From assembly GCA_017452545.1 (NCBI GenBank), contig JAFTME010000003.1:1-50775 (forward strand): 50,775 nucleotides of DNA, read 5' to 3'. How positions within the stretch are numbered: position 1 is the first letter of the stretch; each line of letters starts with the position of its first letter. This DNA comes from Clostridia bacterium (GTDB lineage: Bacteria; Bacillota; Clostridia; Oscillospirales; CAG-272). Below are positions 16,701 through 26,900 of this stretch, one piece after another. The position numbers and the translations under genes are program-made. Under the pieces are notes generated by a model. That model made no database searches. It was not told the DNA's origin and was given only the letters and a program-made list of their open reading frames with translations.

Positions 16701-19029
16701 TGTCGCCGATCGTCAGATAGGTCTTGAGAACATCAACGTATGCATCGTACAGAAGAACGCAGTTCGTGAAAGCAAAGTTCTCAATGGTTGCCATGGTGTT
16801 ACCCATGCGAAGAGTAGTTACGTTGTTGCAATGATAGAATGCATACTGGCTGACCGAAGTAACGCCATCCGTGATAGAGATGCTCTTGATATAGTTTGCA
16901 TACGGCTTCCACGGAACCTCGCTCCAGTTAAAGAAGGAGGTCATGGGGCCGTAGCCGCTGATGATCAACGAGCCGGAGGCCAGATCCAACGTATAGTTGA
17001 CAGCAGGACCGCAGGAGCCGGTGAAAATGGTCTGCGTGGTGCCGCCGGGCGTAGAGCCGCCGGGCGTAGAGCCGCCGGGGGTGCTGCCCGCATACTTCAG
17101 TACGCTGACAAGCGCTTCGTTACCGGAGGAATAGACAAGCATCTGGCTTTGCGTATTCGGCGTGGATGCTGCCGTGGGATAGCAATTATAGAAGGCATAG
17201 GGCATGATCGTCGTGACGTTTGCGGGGAAGTTTATCGTCTTGAGCGAGGATGCGCCCATGAATGCGTAGTTACCGATGACGGTCGTATCGGTAGAGAAGG
17301 AGACCGTGTTGAGCATCGGCATATTGGCAAATGCGTTCTGGCTGATGCTCTTGATGCCGGACATCATGGTAACGTTGGTGATCTGACCCAGACGGTGTGC
17401 CCAGGGAGTCACCGTGGGGCTGGTAAAGTCAGGCATATTTTCGCCAACCGAGGAGAACAGCGTCAGCGTACCGGTGGTCGGCATATAGGTCCAATAGATG
17501 GTGGTTCCGGAAATATAACCGGAATCCGCATACGTCGTCGTACCGCCGCCGGTTCCACCGCCGGTGCCGCCGCCGGAGGTTCCCAGGTATCTGAGAACAC
17601 GCGTCAGGGGCTCGTTGTTGTTATGGATCGTAAGGGAGGTCTGAACGCCGTCATACGTTGCAGTCGCAAGACCGGTGCAGCCGGCAAAGGCGCTGTCGTA
17701 TATGAGGATAGTCGATGCGGGAATTGCAACGGAGGTCAGCTTCAGGCAGTTCTGCAGCGCATTGTTACCAATGCTGAGCACAGAGGTACCGATGGAGACC
17801 GAGTTAACGTTGGTCATATTGGTAAACGCATAGTTACCGATCGACTTGACACCGTTATAAACAACGATAGCAACGATGTCATTCTTATAGCTGTTCCAAG
17901 GAGGCAGATTGGTCGTGCTATAATCAGTCATATAGCCGGTTCCGAGGATCTCGAGAATCTTGGAGGTAGAGTTATAGCTCCACTTTACGCCGTTTCCGCA
18001 ATCGCCGCCGACGCTGTTGCCACTGTTAGCATAGACCAGAACGTCGGTCAGAGGCTTGTTGCCGTTGCCAACGGTGGAAATCGAGATTCCGCCGTAATTC
18101 GCCTCAGCACTTGCGCTTTTCAGACCGGTGCAGCCATAGAAGGCGTAATCGCCGATGGTCTTGACGGACAGAGGCAGCGCTACGCTCTCCAGCGAGGAGC
18201 AGGAGTTGTAGGCGTACTTACCGATCGTCGCAATATCCGAGCCGATCGAGGTGGTCTTGACATTGGACAGACCATGGAAGGCGTAGTCGCCGATATTATC
18301 GATCTTGGAGGAAATATATACGCTGCTGATCAGGCTGCGATACGCATACCAGGGCGCGTTGCCCATGGTATAGTCGGGCATGCTGACGTTGAAGGTCAGC
18401 GGGTTCATGATCATCAGGGTACCGTTCTTATAGACCTCCCACTTGATGCGGCCGCTGGTACCGGAGGCATAGATCTGGTTCTGGCTTGCCTGGTAGAGCG
18501 GGTTTGCATTCGTCAGATCCTCGTTACCGTAGGCAATGGCTGCCGTCAGGGGGAAGGACGAGGTCTTCAGATTGGAGCAGTTAAAGAACGCAAACAGCTG
18601 AACGCTGCTCACGCTATCGGGAAGAACGATGGTATGGAAGGTTCCATGCGCAAAAGACCATTCACCGATGGTGGCGATGTTGGAACCCAGCACGTAATCC
18701 GTACAGTTCAACAGGTTGTTGAAGGCATAGTTACCGATGGAGGTAACGCCTGCGGTGACAAGCACGCGCTTGATCAGCAAGCTATACTCATCATACCAGG
18801 GCGGACGGGTTGTTTTACTGTAATCCGCCATAGGGCCGGTACCGCTGATAACCATTTCACCGGTTGCGGTATTCAAGGTGTATGCGACGTTTGCGCCGCA
18901 CTTTCCGCTGACCAGCGTAGGCGTCGTTGTCGTCGTTGTTTCGGCAGCACTTACAGTGATACCGGCGACAAGCGTCAGCAGCATGGACAGCACCAGCAGG
19001 CATGAGAGCACTTTCTGGAATTTCTTCAT
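13741..19029 (-). CDS. Large cell-surface protein: BspA-type leucine-rich repeats (LRR_5), MucBP-like repeats, C-terminal membrane anchor
   Basis: ATG 19029 after AAGGAGG; signal peptide ending VSA-AE; many SIGxxAFxxCxxL repeats; YxLTIxYxDxxG...PxIxGY repeats; Pro/Gly linker, TM and KKK tail. Confidence 0.92.
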   Translation of the reverse strand: MKKFQKVLSCLLVLSMLLTLVAGITVSAAETTTTTTPTLVSGKCGANVAYTLNTATGEMVISGTGPMADYSKTTRPPWYDEYSLLIKRVLVTAGVTSIGNYAFNNLLNCTDYVLGSNIATIGEWSFAHGTFHTIVLPDSVSSVQLFAFFNCSNLKTSSFPLTAAIAYGNEDLTNANPLYQASQNQIYASGTSGRIKWEVYKNGTLMIMNPLTFNVSMPDYTMGNAPWYAYRSLISSVYISSKIDNIGDYAFHGLSNVKTTSIGSDIATIGKYAYNSCSSLESVALPLSVKTIGDYAFYGCTGLKSASAEANYGGISISTVGNGNKPLTDVLVYANSGNSVGGDCGNGVKWSYNSTSKILEILGTGYMTDYSTTNLPPWNSYKNDIVAIVVYNGVKSIGNYAFTNMTNVNSVSIGTSVLSIGNNALQNCLKLTSVAIPASTILIYDSAFAGCTGLATATYDGVQTSLTIHNNNEPLTRVLRYLGTSGGGTGGGTGGGTTTYADSGYISGTTIYWTYMPTTGTLTLFSSVGENMPDFTSPTVTPWAHRLGQITNVTMMSGIKSISQNAFANMPMLNTVSFSTDTTVIGNYAFMGASSLKTINFPANVTTIMPYAFYNCYPTAASTPNTQSQMLVYSSGNEALVSVLKYAGSTPGGSTPGGSTPGGTTQTIFTGSCGPAVNYTLDLASGSLIISGYGPMTSFFNWSEVPWKPYANYIKSISITDGVTSVSQYAFYHCNNVTTLRMGNTMATIENFAFTNCVLLYDAYVDVLKTYLTIGDMGNTYLERVLTYRTSAPVTPSLPGSSVSNTIPNTEGKLTWSYDANTQSLSITGTGAIPDYDRAELTPWYSYAPVVKGISVYSDVTRIGTNAFSGMTKAVDVFVANSVKSIGAGAFQNCVDLKNVQLHAGIESIGADAFRGCSSLENINLPNTLKAIGTSAFRDCTSLKTIVIPEGITSISDYTFCNCTSLESVTLPEGLISIGYWAFYGCKALKFLDLPSTLVTIGEEAFYNCSSLTGVVIKSTSTLTVKLKAFSGCSSIVKAVWEYDLPACEPGNTELTDALVYRYASGQSTVDGISWSVDRANGVLTLSGYGPVTDKTAWERELPYIHTIVFANGITGIGSNLLTKDKNIQHIKMADSITSIGEAAFELCTNLKTVELSNDLTSMGSRVFYGCSSLESIDIPGTLTKIPDDAFTSCTSLKSVTLNEGLTSTGIHAFQNCTSLETIMIPSSVVTLGKGSFTGCSALKSVDLTNGTLKPLTTGIFDGCSALTTAYFNGTEKEWTTLVVNADTEIKNAKLVLGTKLIIHYQYMDGTTAAPSVTLTGSIGETIVVDSPIVPNFTPSAPSVEITLTGTGTQAITIKYIPNVYTLTIKYQDVNGNTLAETKTQRIEFGKGMEITSPEITGYTPNQEKVSVLNMTSDRIVTVVYTVKQFDVTVKLQDENGNKLGDDVIVKGDYMTKVTIDAPAVEHYKPIQPTYQIQSIKADQELIITYKKAPYTLTIHYVDEDGYRVAQDAVIETYFGEKVSVDSPEVTGMSPNRATVVINSYAGETEVNVVYKLRDYRVTFQFVEVDSEGYKMIKDASVTAKYGASVDYPVPAIEGYTTEQTNIRVDSVVEDTIVQVVYTRAFYKLTINYVDVNGAILGTYTQDVQAGSAYEIQIPDLESYTSGGQVVKGTMGIADKTLEVTMQPKSSGDDTPVNPGPGTPGGEDEQNPSGGDQTPGGSDEQPKNKTGRTIAAVVLLLAVLAGGGAAFYFLYLKKKPIG
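17041..17085. repeat. 15-bp tandem repeat x3 encoding a STPGG linker
   Basis: GCCGCCGGGCGTAGA twice, then a degenerate third copy. Confidence 0.85.
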
Positions 19030-19116
19030 GAGTTTGAGACCTCCTTGAGTTTTAACGATCCGTGAGACATCACAGCTGAGGTGTCCCTGAAAATAGACAT
19101 CGTTATAGTTATTACC

Positions 19117-19145
19117 ATTATAACACAACACCGAAAAAAATGCAA
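19117..19145 (-). promoter_or_regulatory. Sigma-A promoter of the LRR protein gene
   Basis: Minus strand TTGCAT-17 nt-TATAAT. Confidence 0.75.
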
Positions 19146-19306
19146 GACATTTCATCACACAATTTAACTTTTATTCACATATTCGGTCGACATATTGCGC
19201 CATCGGGTGTGTCGGATGGAAAAATATCTACATTATTTTATAATTTTCGGTCAAATGTGCCGCACGTGCGGCGCAATGGGGAAAAAATTTACAATTTCAA
19301 GCGCCC

Positions 19307-22021
19307 TCAGTAGCGGTCGGTATGTCCGCGCCATCGCCAGAGCAGCTTTCGCAGTTCCTCTGCGGGCAGGACACTCAGCGCCATCGCCGCCGTCAGCCCA
19401 AGCTCACCGGGCAACAGCGGAACGGTGCGCAGCACGCTGCCGCCAAGATAAACGAAGAGCAGCTGCACGGCAAGGATCGCCGCCATAATAACGAGGAAGG
19501 GGCGGTTGCGCAGCAAGCCCGAGAGCGGATTGAGTCGGTCGGAGCGGGTGTTGAAGCAGTTGAACACGGAAGCAAAGATAAACAGCGCAAAAAAAGCGGT
19601 CAAGCGGCAAACGTCACCCGCAGACTCGCGGAATTGCGCCTCCACGGTCGGCATCTTGAGAAAGAACACGAATAAGGCAACGGTATAGCCGCCGAGCAAC
19701 ACGATCTGGTCGATCATGTAGCGACAAAGGATGGGGGTATCGCGTCGCTTGGGCGGCTCACTCAGGCAGGAGAGCAGCGGCGGCTCGCCCGCGAAGGCAA
19801 GCCCGCCCAGCGTATCCATGATCAAATTGATCCACAGCATCTGCACTACGGTCACAGGCGCATCCACGCCGATAAAGGGGCCGATCATGGAGATGCCGAC
19901 GGCGCAAAAATTCATGGTCAGCTGCAGCGTGATGAATTTGCGGATGCTTTTGAAGATATTGCGTCCGTAGAGCACGGCGCGAACGATCGAGGCAAGATTA
20001 TCGTCCAGGATCAGAATATCGCCCGCGTCCTTGGCGACGTCGGAGCCGCTCCCCATAGCAAAGCCGATATCCGCGCGACGCAAAGCGGGAGCATCGTTGA
20101 TGCCGTCGCCCGTCATACCGACCACGCGATCCTCCTCTTGCGCAACGCGCACAAGGCGGCTTTTGTCGGTTGGCAAGGCGCGCGCAACGACTGCCAGCTG
20201 CGGCAGTAGCGTGCGCAGCTCAAGATCTGAGAGCAACGCCAGCTCCTCGCCCGTGACCACGCGAGGCTGCTTGGCATTCAGGATGCCGCACTGTGCGGCG
20301 ATGGCAGCGGCGGTTTCTCTGCTGTCGCCCGTGATCATGACCACCTGCACCCCTGCTCCCTGCAATCGGGCAACGGCGCCGGGCACCTCGGGACGCAGAC
20401 GGTCAGCAAGCGTCACGGCGCACAGCAGCACGGCCCCCTCAAAGCGACCCGCCTCGATCGCGGCAGGCGAAGCGCCGCCGGGAATAGCTGCAAGCAGCAG
20501 CAAGCGCTCTCCGCTCTCGGTACGGCTGTGAATGCGGCGCTCCATAGCGGTGCGATCCAAAGGAACGGTACTTCCCCGTCCGTCGAATGCGCGATCGGTA
20601 TAGCGGAGCAGGCGCTCGGGTGCGCCCTTGAGCAGTGTCATGCGTCGTCCGTCGGCAAGCAACACCGTCGTTGCGGAATATTTGCGCGCGCTGTCAAACG
20701 GCAGGCGGTCGAGCACGCGCACGCCCGCAGCATCCGCTCTATGCGCGTCGGGAAGCGCAGCAAGCAGCGCTCGCTCGGTCGCGTTGCCGCCAACGGGCAC
20801 GCCGTCCTGTCCGTACTGTGCCGTGGCGTTGCACAGGACGGATGCCGCAAGCAGTGCGCCGCGTGTGTCCTTGCGCGAAAAGAACGCGGCAACAGAGAAC
20901 TCTTCCTCTGCAAAAACAAGCGTGCCGACGCTCAGCCGTCCGGCGGTCAGCGTTCCCGTTTTGTCGGTAAAGAGCAAATTCATACTGCCTGCCGCTTCAA
21001 TGCCCGCAGGCTTGCGCACCAGCACGTGATCCCGTACCATTCGGCGCGTATTGGCGGACAAAACGACAGCGATCATCATGGGAAGTCCCTCGGGCACGGC
21101 GACGACGATGACGGTCAGCCCCAGCGTCAGCGCATGGAGCAGCGTGGAGAGAAGATAGGGAAAATCGCTCAGCTTGAGCAGCATGATCTCGCGCGAAAAG
21201 CCGCTATCGATCAAAAAGGCATGGAACAGATACGCCGCCGCGACCAATGCCGCCGCGACGTAGCCGACGACGCTGATCTGCCCTGCCAGCTTTGCCAGGC
21301 GCAGCCGCAGCGGACTTTCTCTCGTTTGCTGCTGCACCTCGCGTGAGATGCCGCCGAGAAAGGTCGCGTCGCCCACGCGCGATACCCGCATGACACCCTC
21401 GCCGCTCAACACGGCGCAGCCGCGATACAAGCTGACGGCATCGTCAGGCGCATCCCGTCGCTCGCCCCCTGCGTGCTTTTGTACTTCCCGGCTCTCACCT
21501 GTCATGGCTGTCTGATCCACACGAACTGCCCCTTGCAGCAGCACACCGTCCGCAGGGATGTTCTCCCCTGCCCCCAACAGCACGAAGTCGCCGACGACGA
21601 CCTCCTCCCACGGCACAACGCACACGCCGCTTGCCCGCCGCACGCGACAAAAGGACTGCGCGCTTTGCGCCTGCAGACGGGCGAACGCCTTTTCCGAGCC
21701 GGTTTCCGACAGCGTGGAGATGAGCGTGGCAAGCAGCACCGAAACAGCGATTCCCACCGTTTCTACCCAATCGCTCTCCCTGAACATCAGCAGAAGATTG
21801 AGCGCCAGCGCCGCCAGCAAAATGCGGATCACGGGGTCGCCCAAATTGGAGAAAAAATGCGACCAAAAGCCGCGTTGCTCTGCCTTGGTCATCCTGTTCG
21901 CGCCGTGCTTTTCGCGGCTGCTTTCGATCTGCTTGTCGTTCAGCCCGCGCAGCGCAGCGCACTCTTCTTGCGGCGTGCTACTACCATTTTTTGGCAGCGT
22001 TTGTTGGTTTATGCACATCAT
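19307..22021 (-). CDS. Calcium-translocating P-type ATPase (P2 type)
   Basis: TGES, VPEGLP, DKTGT, KGAPE, GDGINDAPAL and LWINLIMDTL motifs. Confidence 0.93.
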   Translation of the reverse strand: MMCINQQTLPKNGSSTPQEECAALRGLNDKQIESSREKHGANRMTKAEQRGFWSHFFSNLGDPVIRILLAALALNLLLMFRESDWVETVGIAVSVLLATLISTLSETGSEKAFARLQAQSAQSFCRVRRASGVCVVPWEEVVVGDFVLLGAGENIPADGVLLQGAVRVDQTAMTGESREVQKHAGGERRDAPDDAVSLYRGCAVLSGEGVMRVSRVGDATFLGGISREVQQQTRESPLRLRLAKLAGQISVVGYVAAALVAAAYLFHAFLIDSGFSREIMLLKLSDFPYLLSTLLHALTLGLTVIVVAVPEGLPMMIAVVLSANTRRMVRDHVLVRKPAGIEAAGSMNLLFTDKTGTLTAGRLSVGTLVFAEEEFSVAAFFSRKDTRGALLAASVLCNATAQYGQDGVPVGGNATERALLAALPDAHRADAAGVRVLDRLPFDSARKYSATTVLLADGRRMTLLKGAPERLLRYTDRAFDGRGSTVPLDRTAMERRIHSRTESGERLLLLAAIPGGASPAAIEAGRFEGAVLLCAVTLADRLRPEVPGAVARLQGAGVQVVMITGDSRETAAAIAAQCGILNAKQPRVVTGEELALLSDLELRTLLPQLAVVARALPTDKSRLVRVAQEEDRVVGMTGDGINDAPALRRADIGFAMGSGSDVAKDAGDILILDDNLASIVRAVLYGRNIFKSIRKFITLQLTMNFCAVGISMIGPFIGVDAPVTVVQMLWINLIMDTLGGLAFAGEPPLLSCLSEPPKRRDTPILCRYMIDQIVLLGGYTVALFVFFLKMPTVEAQFRESAGDVCRLTAFFALFIFASVFNCFNTRSDRLNPLSGLLRNRPFLVIMAAILAVQLLFVYLGGSVLRTVPLLPGELGLTAAMALSVLPAEELRKLLWRWRGHTDRY

Positions 22022-22052
22022 GGCTATCTTTCACTCCTTTGCTTTTTCCACC

Positions 22053-22082
22053 AATATATGATGGATCCGCAAAAAGCATGAC
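22053..22082 (-). promoter_or_regulatory. Putative sigma-E promoter of the Ca2+ ATPase
   Basis: Minus strand GTCATG-16 nt-CATATATT; same -10 as upstream of cotJA. Confidence 0.5.
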
Positions 22083-22107
22083 GCGCCGCGGTTGGGTTTA
22101 AAAAGAG

Positions 22108-22282
22108 GCGGGGGAGAAACTTTTTGGGAAAAAGTTTCTCCCCCGCACCCCCACTTCAAAAACTTTTAATCAAAAAGGATAGGCGTGCATCGTTACAAAA
22201 ACAGCCTATCCGATAATTTTATTTAAGTTTTTTGGAAAGGGGTGCGGGGGAAACCTTTTGTTCACAAAAGGGTTCCCCCGCA
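22108..22282. repeat. Inverted pair of family-A hairpin repeats (REPIN-like)
   Basis: GCGGGGGAGAAAC..GTTTCTCCCCCGC-ACCCC..CAAAAACTT at 22108-22167 and an inverted copy at 22225-22282. Confidence 0.85.
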
Positions 22283-22296
22283 TATATATACCCGTA

Positions 22297-23643
22297 TCAG
22301 CAGCAGCCCTGTGCCTTCATAGACTCGGCGACCTTAATGAAGCCGGCGATATTCGCGCCTGCAACCAGGTCGTCAGCCATGCCGTACTGAGCAGCAGCCT
22401 TGACGGAGTTGTCGAAGATATTCTTCATGATGTCCTTCAGCTTAGCGTCGACCTCCTCGGCGGACCAGCTGTAGCGCATGGAGTTCTGGCTCATTTCCAG
22501 ACCGGAAACGGATACGCCACCTGCGTTAACAGCCTTGGAGGGTGCGACAACGGTGCCGTTTGCCTTGAGGTAAGCAACAGCCTCGTTGGTGGTGGGCATA
22601 TTGGAAACCTCAACGTAATACTTCACGCCGTTGGCAACGATCTTCTCTGCCTCAGCCATGCCGACCTCGTTCTGGGTTGCGCAGGGCATAACAACGTCGA
22701 CCTTGACGCCCCAGGGCTTCTCACCCTTGAAGAAAGGTACGCCAAACTTGTCAGCGTAATCTTCAACTCTGTTGCGGCAGGATGCGCGCATCTCAAGCAT
22801 ATAGTTGATCTTTTCCTCGGTGGAAACGCCGTTTTCGTCGTAGATATAGCCGTCGGGACCGGAAATGGTAACGACCTTACCGCCAAGCTCGGTGATCTTC
22901 TTGACTGCGCCCCATGCAACGTTACCGAAGCCGGAGACGGCAAAGGTCTTGCCCTTGATATCGTCCTTGAAGTGCTTGAGCATTTCAACGGTGTAGTAAA
23001 CAGCGCCGTAGCCGGTAGCCTCGGGACGGATCAGAGAGCCGCCGTAGGGGATGCCCTTACCGGTCAGGACGCCGGTGAACTCGTTGGCAAGTCTCTTGTA
23101 CTGACCGAACAGATAGCCGACCTCGCGTGCACCTACGCCGATGTCACCGGCAGGAACGTCGGTATCAGCGCCGATGTGACGGAACAGCTCGGTCATAAAG
23201 CTCTGGCAGAAGCGCATAACCTCAGCGTCGGACTTGCCCTGCGGGTCGAAGTCGGAGCCGCCCTTACCGCCACCCATGGGCAGGGAGGTCAGGGAGTTTT
23301 TGAAGGTCTGCTCGAAGCCGAGGAACTTCATAATGGAGGCGTTGACGGAGGGGTGGAAGCGCAGACCGCCCTTGTACGGGCCGATCGCACTGTTGAACTG
23401 TACGCGGAAGCCGCGGTTGACCTGAACCTTACCGTTGTCATCAACCCACGGAACGCGGAAAACGATCTGACGCTCGGGCTCAACCATGCGCTCAACAACG
23501 CCGGCAGCAACAAGGTCGGGGCGGGCGTCGATGACGGGCTCGATGGATTCAAACACCTCGGTTACAGTCTGAATAAACTCAGGCTCGCCGGGATTGCGCT
23601 TACGGACAGTCTCAAGAACGTCAAGCAAATACTGATTCTTCAT
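22297..23643 (-). CDS. gdhA: NADP-specific glutamate dehydrogenase
   Basis: GPYKGGLRFHPSV, LPMGGGKGGSDFDP, DVPAGDIGVG, RPEATGYG, GFGNVA; ATG 23643 after GGAGG. Confidence 0.97.
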   Translation of the reverse strand: MKNQYLLDVLETVRKRNPGEPEFIQTVTEVFESIEPVIDARPDLVAAGVVERMVEPERQIVFRVPWVDDNGKVQVNRGFRVQFNSAIGPYKGGLRFHPSVNASIMKFLGFEQTFKNSLTSLPMGGGKGGSDFDPQGKSDAEVMRFCQSFMTELFRHIGADTDVPAGDIGVGAREVGYLFGQYKRLANEFTGVLTGKGIPYGGSLIRPEATGYGAVYYTVEMLKHFKDDIKGKTFAVSGFGNVAWGAVKKITELGGKVVTISGPDGYIYDENGVSTEEKINYMLEMRASCRNRVEDYADKFGVPFFKGEKPWGVKVDVVMPCATQNEVGMAEAEKIVANGVKYYVEVSNMPTTNEAVAYLKANGTVVAPSKAVNAGGVSVSGLEMSQNSMRYSWSAEEVDAKLKDIMKNIFDNSVKAAAQYGMADDLVAGANIAGFIKVAESMKAQGCC

Positions 23644-23738
23644 ATGGTACCTCCATGTGCCGCGCGCGGCGGCAATACAAAATATAGACAAATTTTGCGG
23701 GGCTTCGGCTCACAAAAAACCTCTCCCCCATTATTGTT

Positions 23739-23767
23739 ATTATATACCACCTCCCTTTGTTTGTCAA
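23739..23767 (-). promoter_or_regulatory. Consensus sigma-A promoter of gdhA
   Basis: Minus strand TTGACA-17 nt-TATAAT. Confidence 0.85.
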
Positions 23768-23901
23768 GAATTTTTTTGCGTTTTTTGCAAGTTTTCTCCC
23801 TCAAACTTGCATTTTGCTGTGCCCTCCTCCGGCACCGCAGGCAAAGCGCACAAAAAGTCCGCGATGCACTGCTTTTTCGTTATAAAAAACACAGAAAGTC
23901 A

Positions 23902-23930
23902 TTGCATATTTCAAAAATTTTTGATATAAT
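23902..23930 (+). promoter_or_regulatory. Sigma-A promoter of the glycosidase lipoprotein
   Basis: TTGCAT-17 nt-TATAAT. Confidence 0.75.
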
Positions 23931-23966
23931 AAAATCAACAAGCATGTTCACGGAAAGGAGCACGCC

Positions 23967-26900
23967 ATGCAAAAGAAAGTTCGAAAAATCACTTTGTTCG
24001 TCCTACTATGTCTGATCGGAGGTATTCTTATGTCTATGCTTTCCTGTACCCCCAAGCAGCCCGACACGCCCGACGTCCCCGACGTTCCCACACTGGTGCT
24101 TGCCGAGCAGGGGAAGTGCCTGTATCGCGTCGTCCGCAGCGACCTTCTGCAGACCGGCTCGCCCGAGGTGCAGGCCGCGCTGGATGTTCGCAACGGTCTT
24201 AAGGCAGTTCTCGGCTCCGAGCCTGCCATCGCAACCGACTGGGAGGACAAGGACAATCATGCCGACATCAAGGAAATTCTGGTCGGTATGACCAACCGCG
24301 CCGAGAGCGAATCGGTCTATGCCGCGCTGGGCGCTGACGAGTATGCCATTCGCGTCATCGGCAACAAGATCGTCATCGCGGGTAGCACGGATGAGCTGCT
24401 GCGTCACGCGGTCACCGTTTTTCTGCGTGACTATTGCGGTTACATTTCCGCATCCGTCTTCACCGCAGCGACCGAGCTGCGCATTCCCGAGACGCTGAGC
24501 ATTCAACAGGTCTATACCGTTCCTCCGCAGGTCGCGGTCTACGTCACGGATCTCAAGCACAACTACGCGGAAACGCTGGTCAACGAGCTGCGTGCTGCCT
24601 CCCTTGAGCCGACGCTCTATTCCATTGAGGATACGGATCCCGATGACGTACTGGATGCCAACCGTACCGATCTTGTCATCGTCGTCGGTGCCTCGGCGCT
24701 GCCCAACACCATGGTCAACGCCATGCAGAAGTATCTCAACAACAGCGGCAGACTGCTGCTGCTCGGCGGTCCCACGCTCGAAACCGTTCTCTACGAGCTT
24801 GACGGCAAGTGGTATTCCCGCAACGATTACGCGCTTGCCATGATCGACGGCGTCGGCGAGGACAATACGACCACGCTGCTGGATCTCACCAACCCGAGTA
24901 CGGTCGCCAAGGCAGGGCGATCCACCAACAACACAAGCAACGCCTTTGAAGCGACCGTCGCTGATTACGAGCTGTACGAAACCGATGCACAGCTGTACCA
25001 CTGGGTTGAGAACATGAGCAGCTGGGATATGCTCTCCTTCTCCAATCTGTCCGTGCCCAAAAAGGGCCACAACGCCATGGGCTTTTACGCGATGCCGGGT
25101 GACGACAACACCGGTGGCATTTCCGTGGAGATCGTCGATTCTCACGGTGCACGCTGGTATGCCAACGTCACCTTTACCGACAGCGATTGGGCCTACTATC
25201 TGCTGGAGCCCACCGATTTCATCTGGTGGAAGGACGGCGCGCAGCCGCAGAGCGACGTACCGAGCTTTGACGATATCGTGCGCGTTCAGCTCGGCTTTGC
25301 CAACTCCTATCGCAACAACTCCATCGGCGATCACAGCTATTTCTGCTCCAGCCTGATGCTGTACTCCACCGAAGAATCTCTCCCCGCACCCGCAGGCTCC
25401 TTTGTGCTGGATGCGGTCGCACCGCTCTACGAGCTGTATCCCGTTACCAACGCCAAGGCACTCGGCGCGTACGAAAATCAGATGTTCGTATCCGCGCGCG
25501 ACTATGTCGTACCCTCTTCCCTGTTCTCCTGCGCCCCCGGCAGACAGGGCGCCGGCTTTGACAAGGGCACAACCTCCCGCTTTATTCCGCTCATTCGCGT
25601 GACCGATGCCAAGGGAATGCACGCCGGCTATGCGGCATGGATGCACGTCTACTATTCCAAGTCAGCGGTAAACGGCAAGATGGAGGGCGCCATCGTCGGC
25701 ACCTTCAGCGCCGATTCCAACGATTTTTACAACGCAAACGGTATTGCTGCCGTCGTGGAGGCATCGCGTGCCATGACGGGCACCTCCTTCATCATTGACG
25801 GCGGTACGACCGAGTACATTTACGTCGAGCCCGACACCGACACCATTACGGCAGGTGTCAACTACGTTGCCGATGAAACGGCAGAGGTCGTTGCTACCGT
25901 TGATCTGTATGCAGGCGACAAGCTGCTGTCCACCGTCAGCTCGGAGAGCACTGCAGTCAAGCCGAACCCCAAGGGCATCTGCTCGCTCAGCGGTACGTAC
26001 GACGTCAGCGGCGGCAAGCCCGACCGCGCAGTCGTCACGCTCAAGCAGAACGGGCGCGTGGTGGACACCGTCGAGCAGGAGATCAGCTACTGGGCACCCA
26101 AGCCCGCCGAGGAGCGCTCCTTCATTTACACCGAGGACGGGTATTTCAAGAAGGATGGCGACATCATTTCCTTCTTCGGCGTCAACTATATGCCCTCCTA
26201 CGGCATGGCTGAGGCCAACGGAAGCTACTTTGAGCACTACGTCAGCGATGCCGCTTACGATCCGACGGTCATCTCCTACGACCTGGCGCGCATCAAGGAT
26301 ATCGGCATGAACGCCGTTTCCATCTTTGTATATTACGATCACGTCAAGAACTGCAACAACATCCTTGACCTTATCAACAAGTGCGAGCAGCTGGGCATTT
26401 ACGTGGATCTCTCCATTCGCCCGTATGCATACCCGCTCCGCGAGGACTACTCCTACGAGCAGGTACAGGCCATGGTTCAGCGCCTGCGCTTCCACGAGAA
26501 CGACAACATCATCGCCTATGACATTGCGTGGGAGCCGCGCATCGGTACCTACCAGTCGACCAGCATGTACATCGGTCGTCAGCATTGGGATGAGGACTGG
26601 GTAGAGTGGATCGAGGACAACTACGGCAGCCTCAGCCATGCGGAATCGCTGTGGGGCGTTCGTATTCCCCGTAACGCCGACGGCGTTCCTGTCATCACCG
26701 ACGAGATGCTGGACAACACCACCTCGACCTACCGAAAGGCAGTCGCTGCGTACTACCGCTTTATCGATGAGATCGTTGCGGCAGATCTGCAAAAGAACAT
26801 GATCGCAATGAACGCGCTGGCACCCGAGCAGATGTTCAGCTTCCGTATGTCCATGTCAGGCAGCGCGCTGCGCACCGCAGGCTACATGCCCTCGACGCAC

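Noticed and set aside
14530-19005. 1491-aa ORF antisense to the LRR surface protein
   Set aside because: No recognisable motifs; shadow frame expected from the biased codon usage of the real minus-strand gene.
22258-24015. Long antisense ORFs over gdhA, and similarly over pckG (37127-38611), DUF58 (10301-12286), the transglutaminase (7119-8669) and others
   Set aside because: They overlap well-supported genes on the other strand, lack motifs, and are typical of GC-rich coding DNA.
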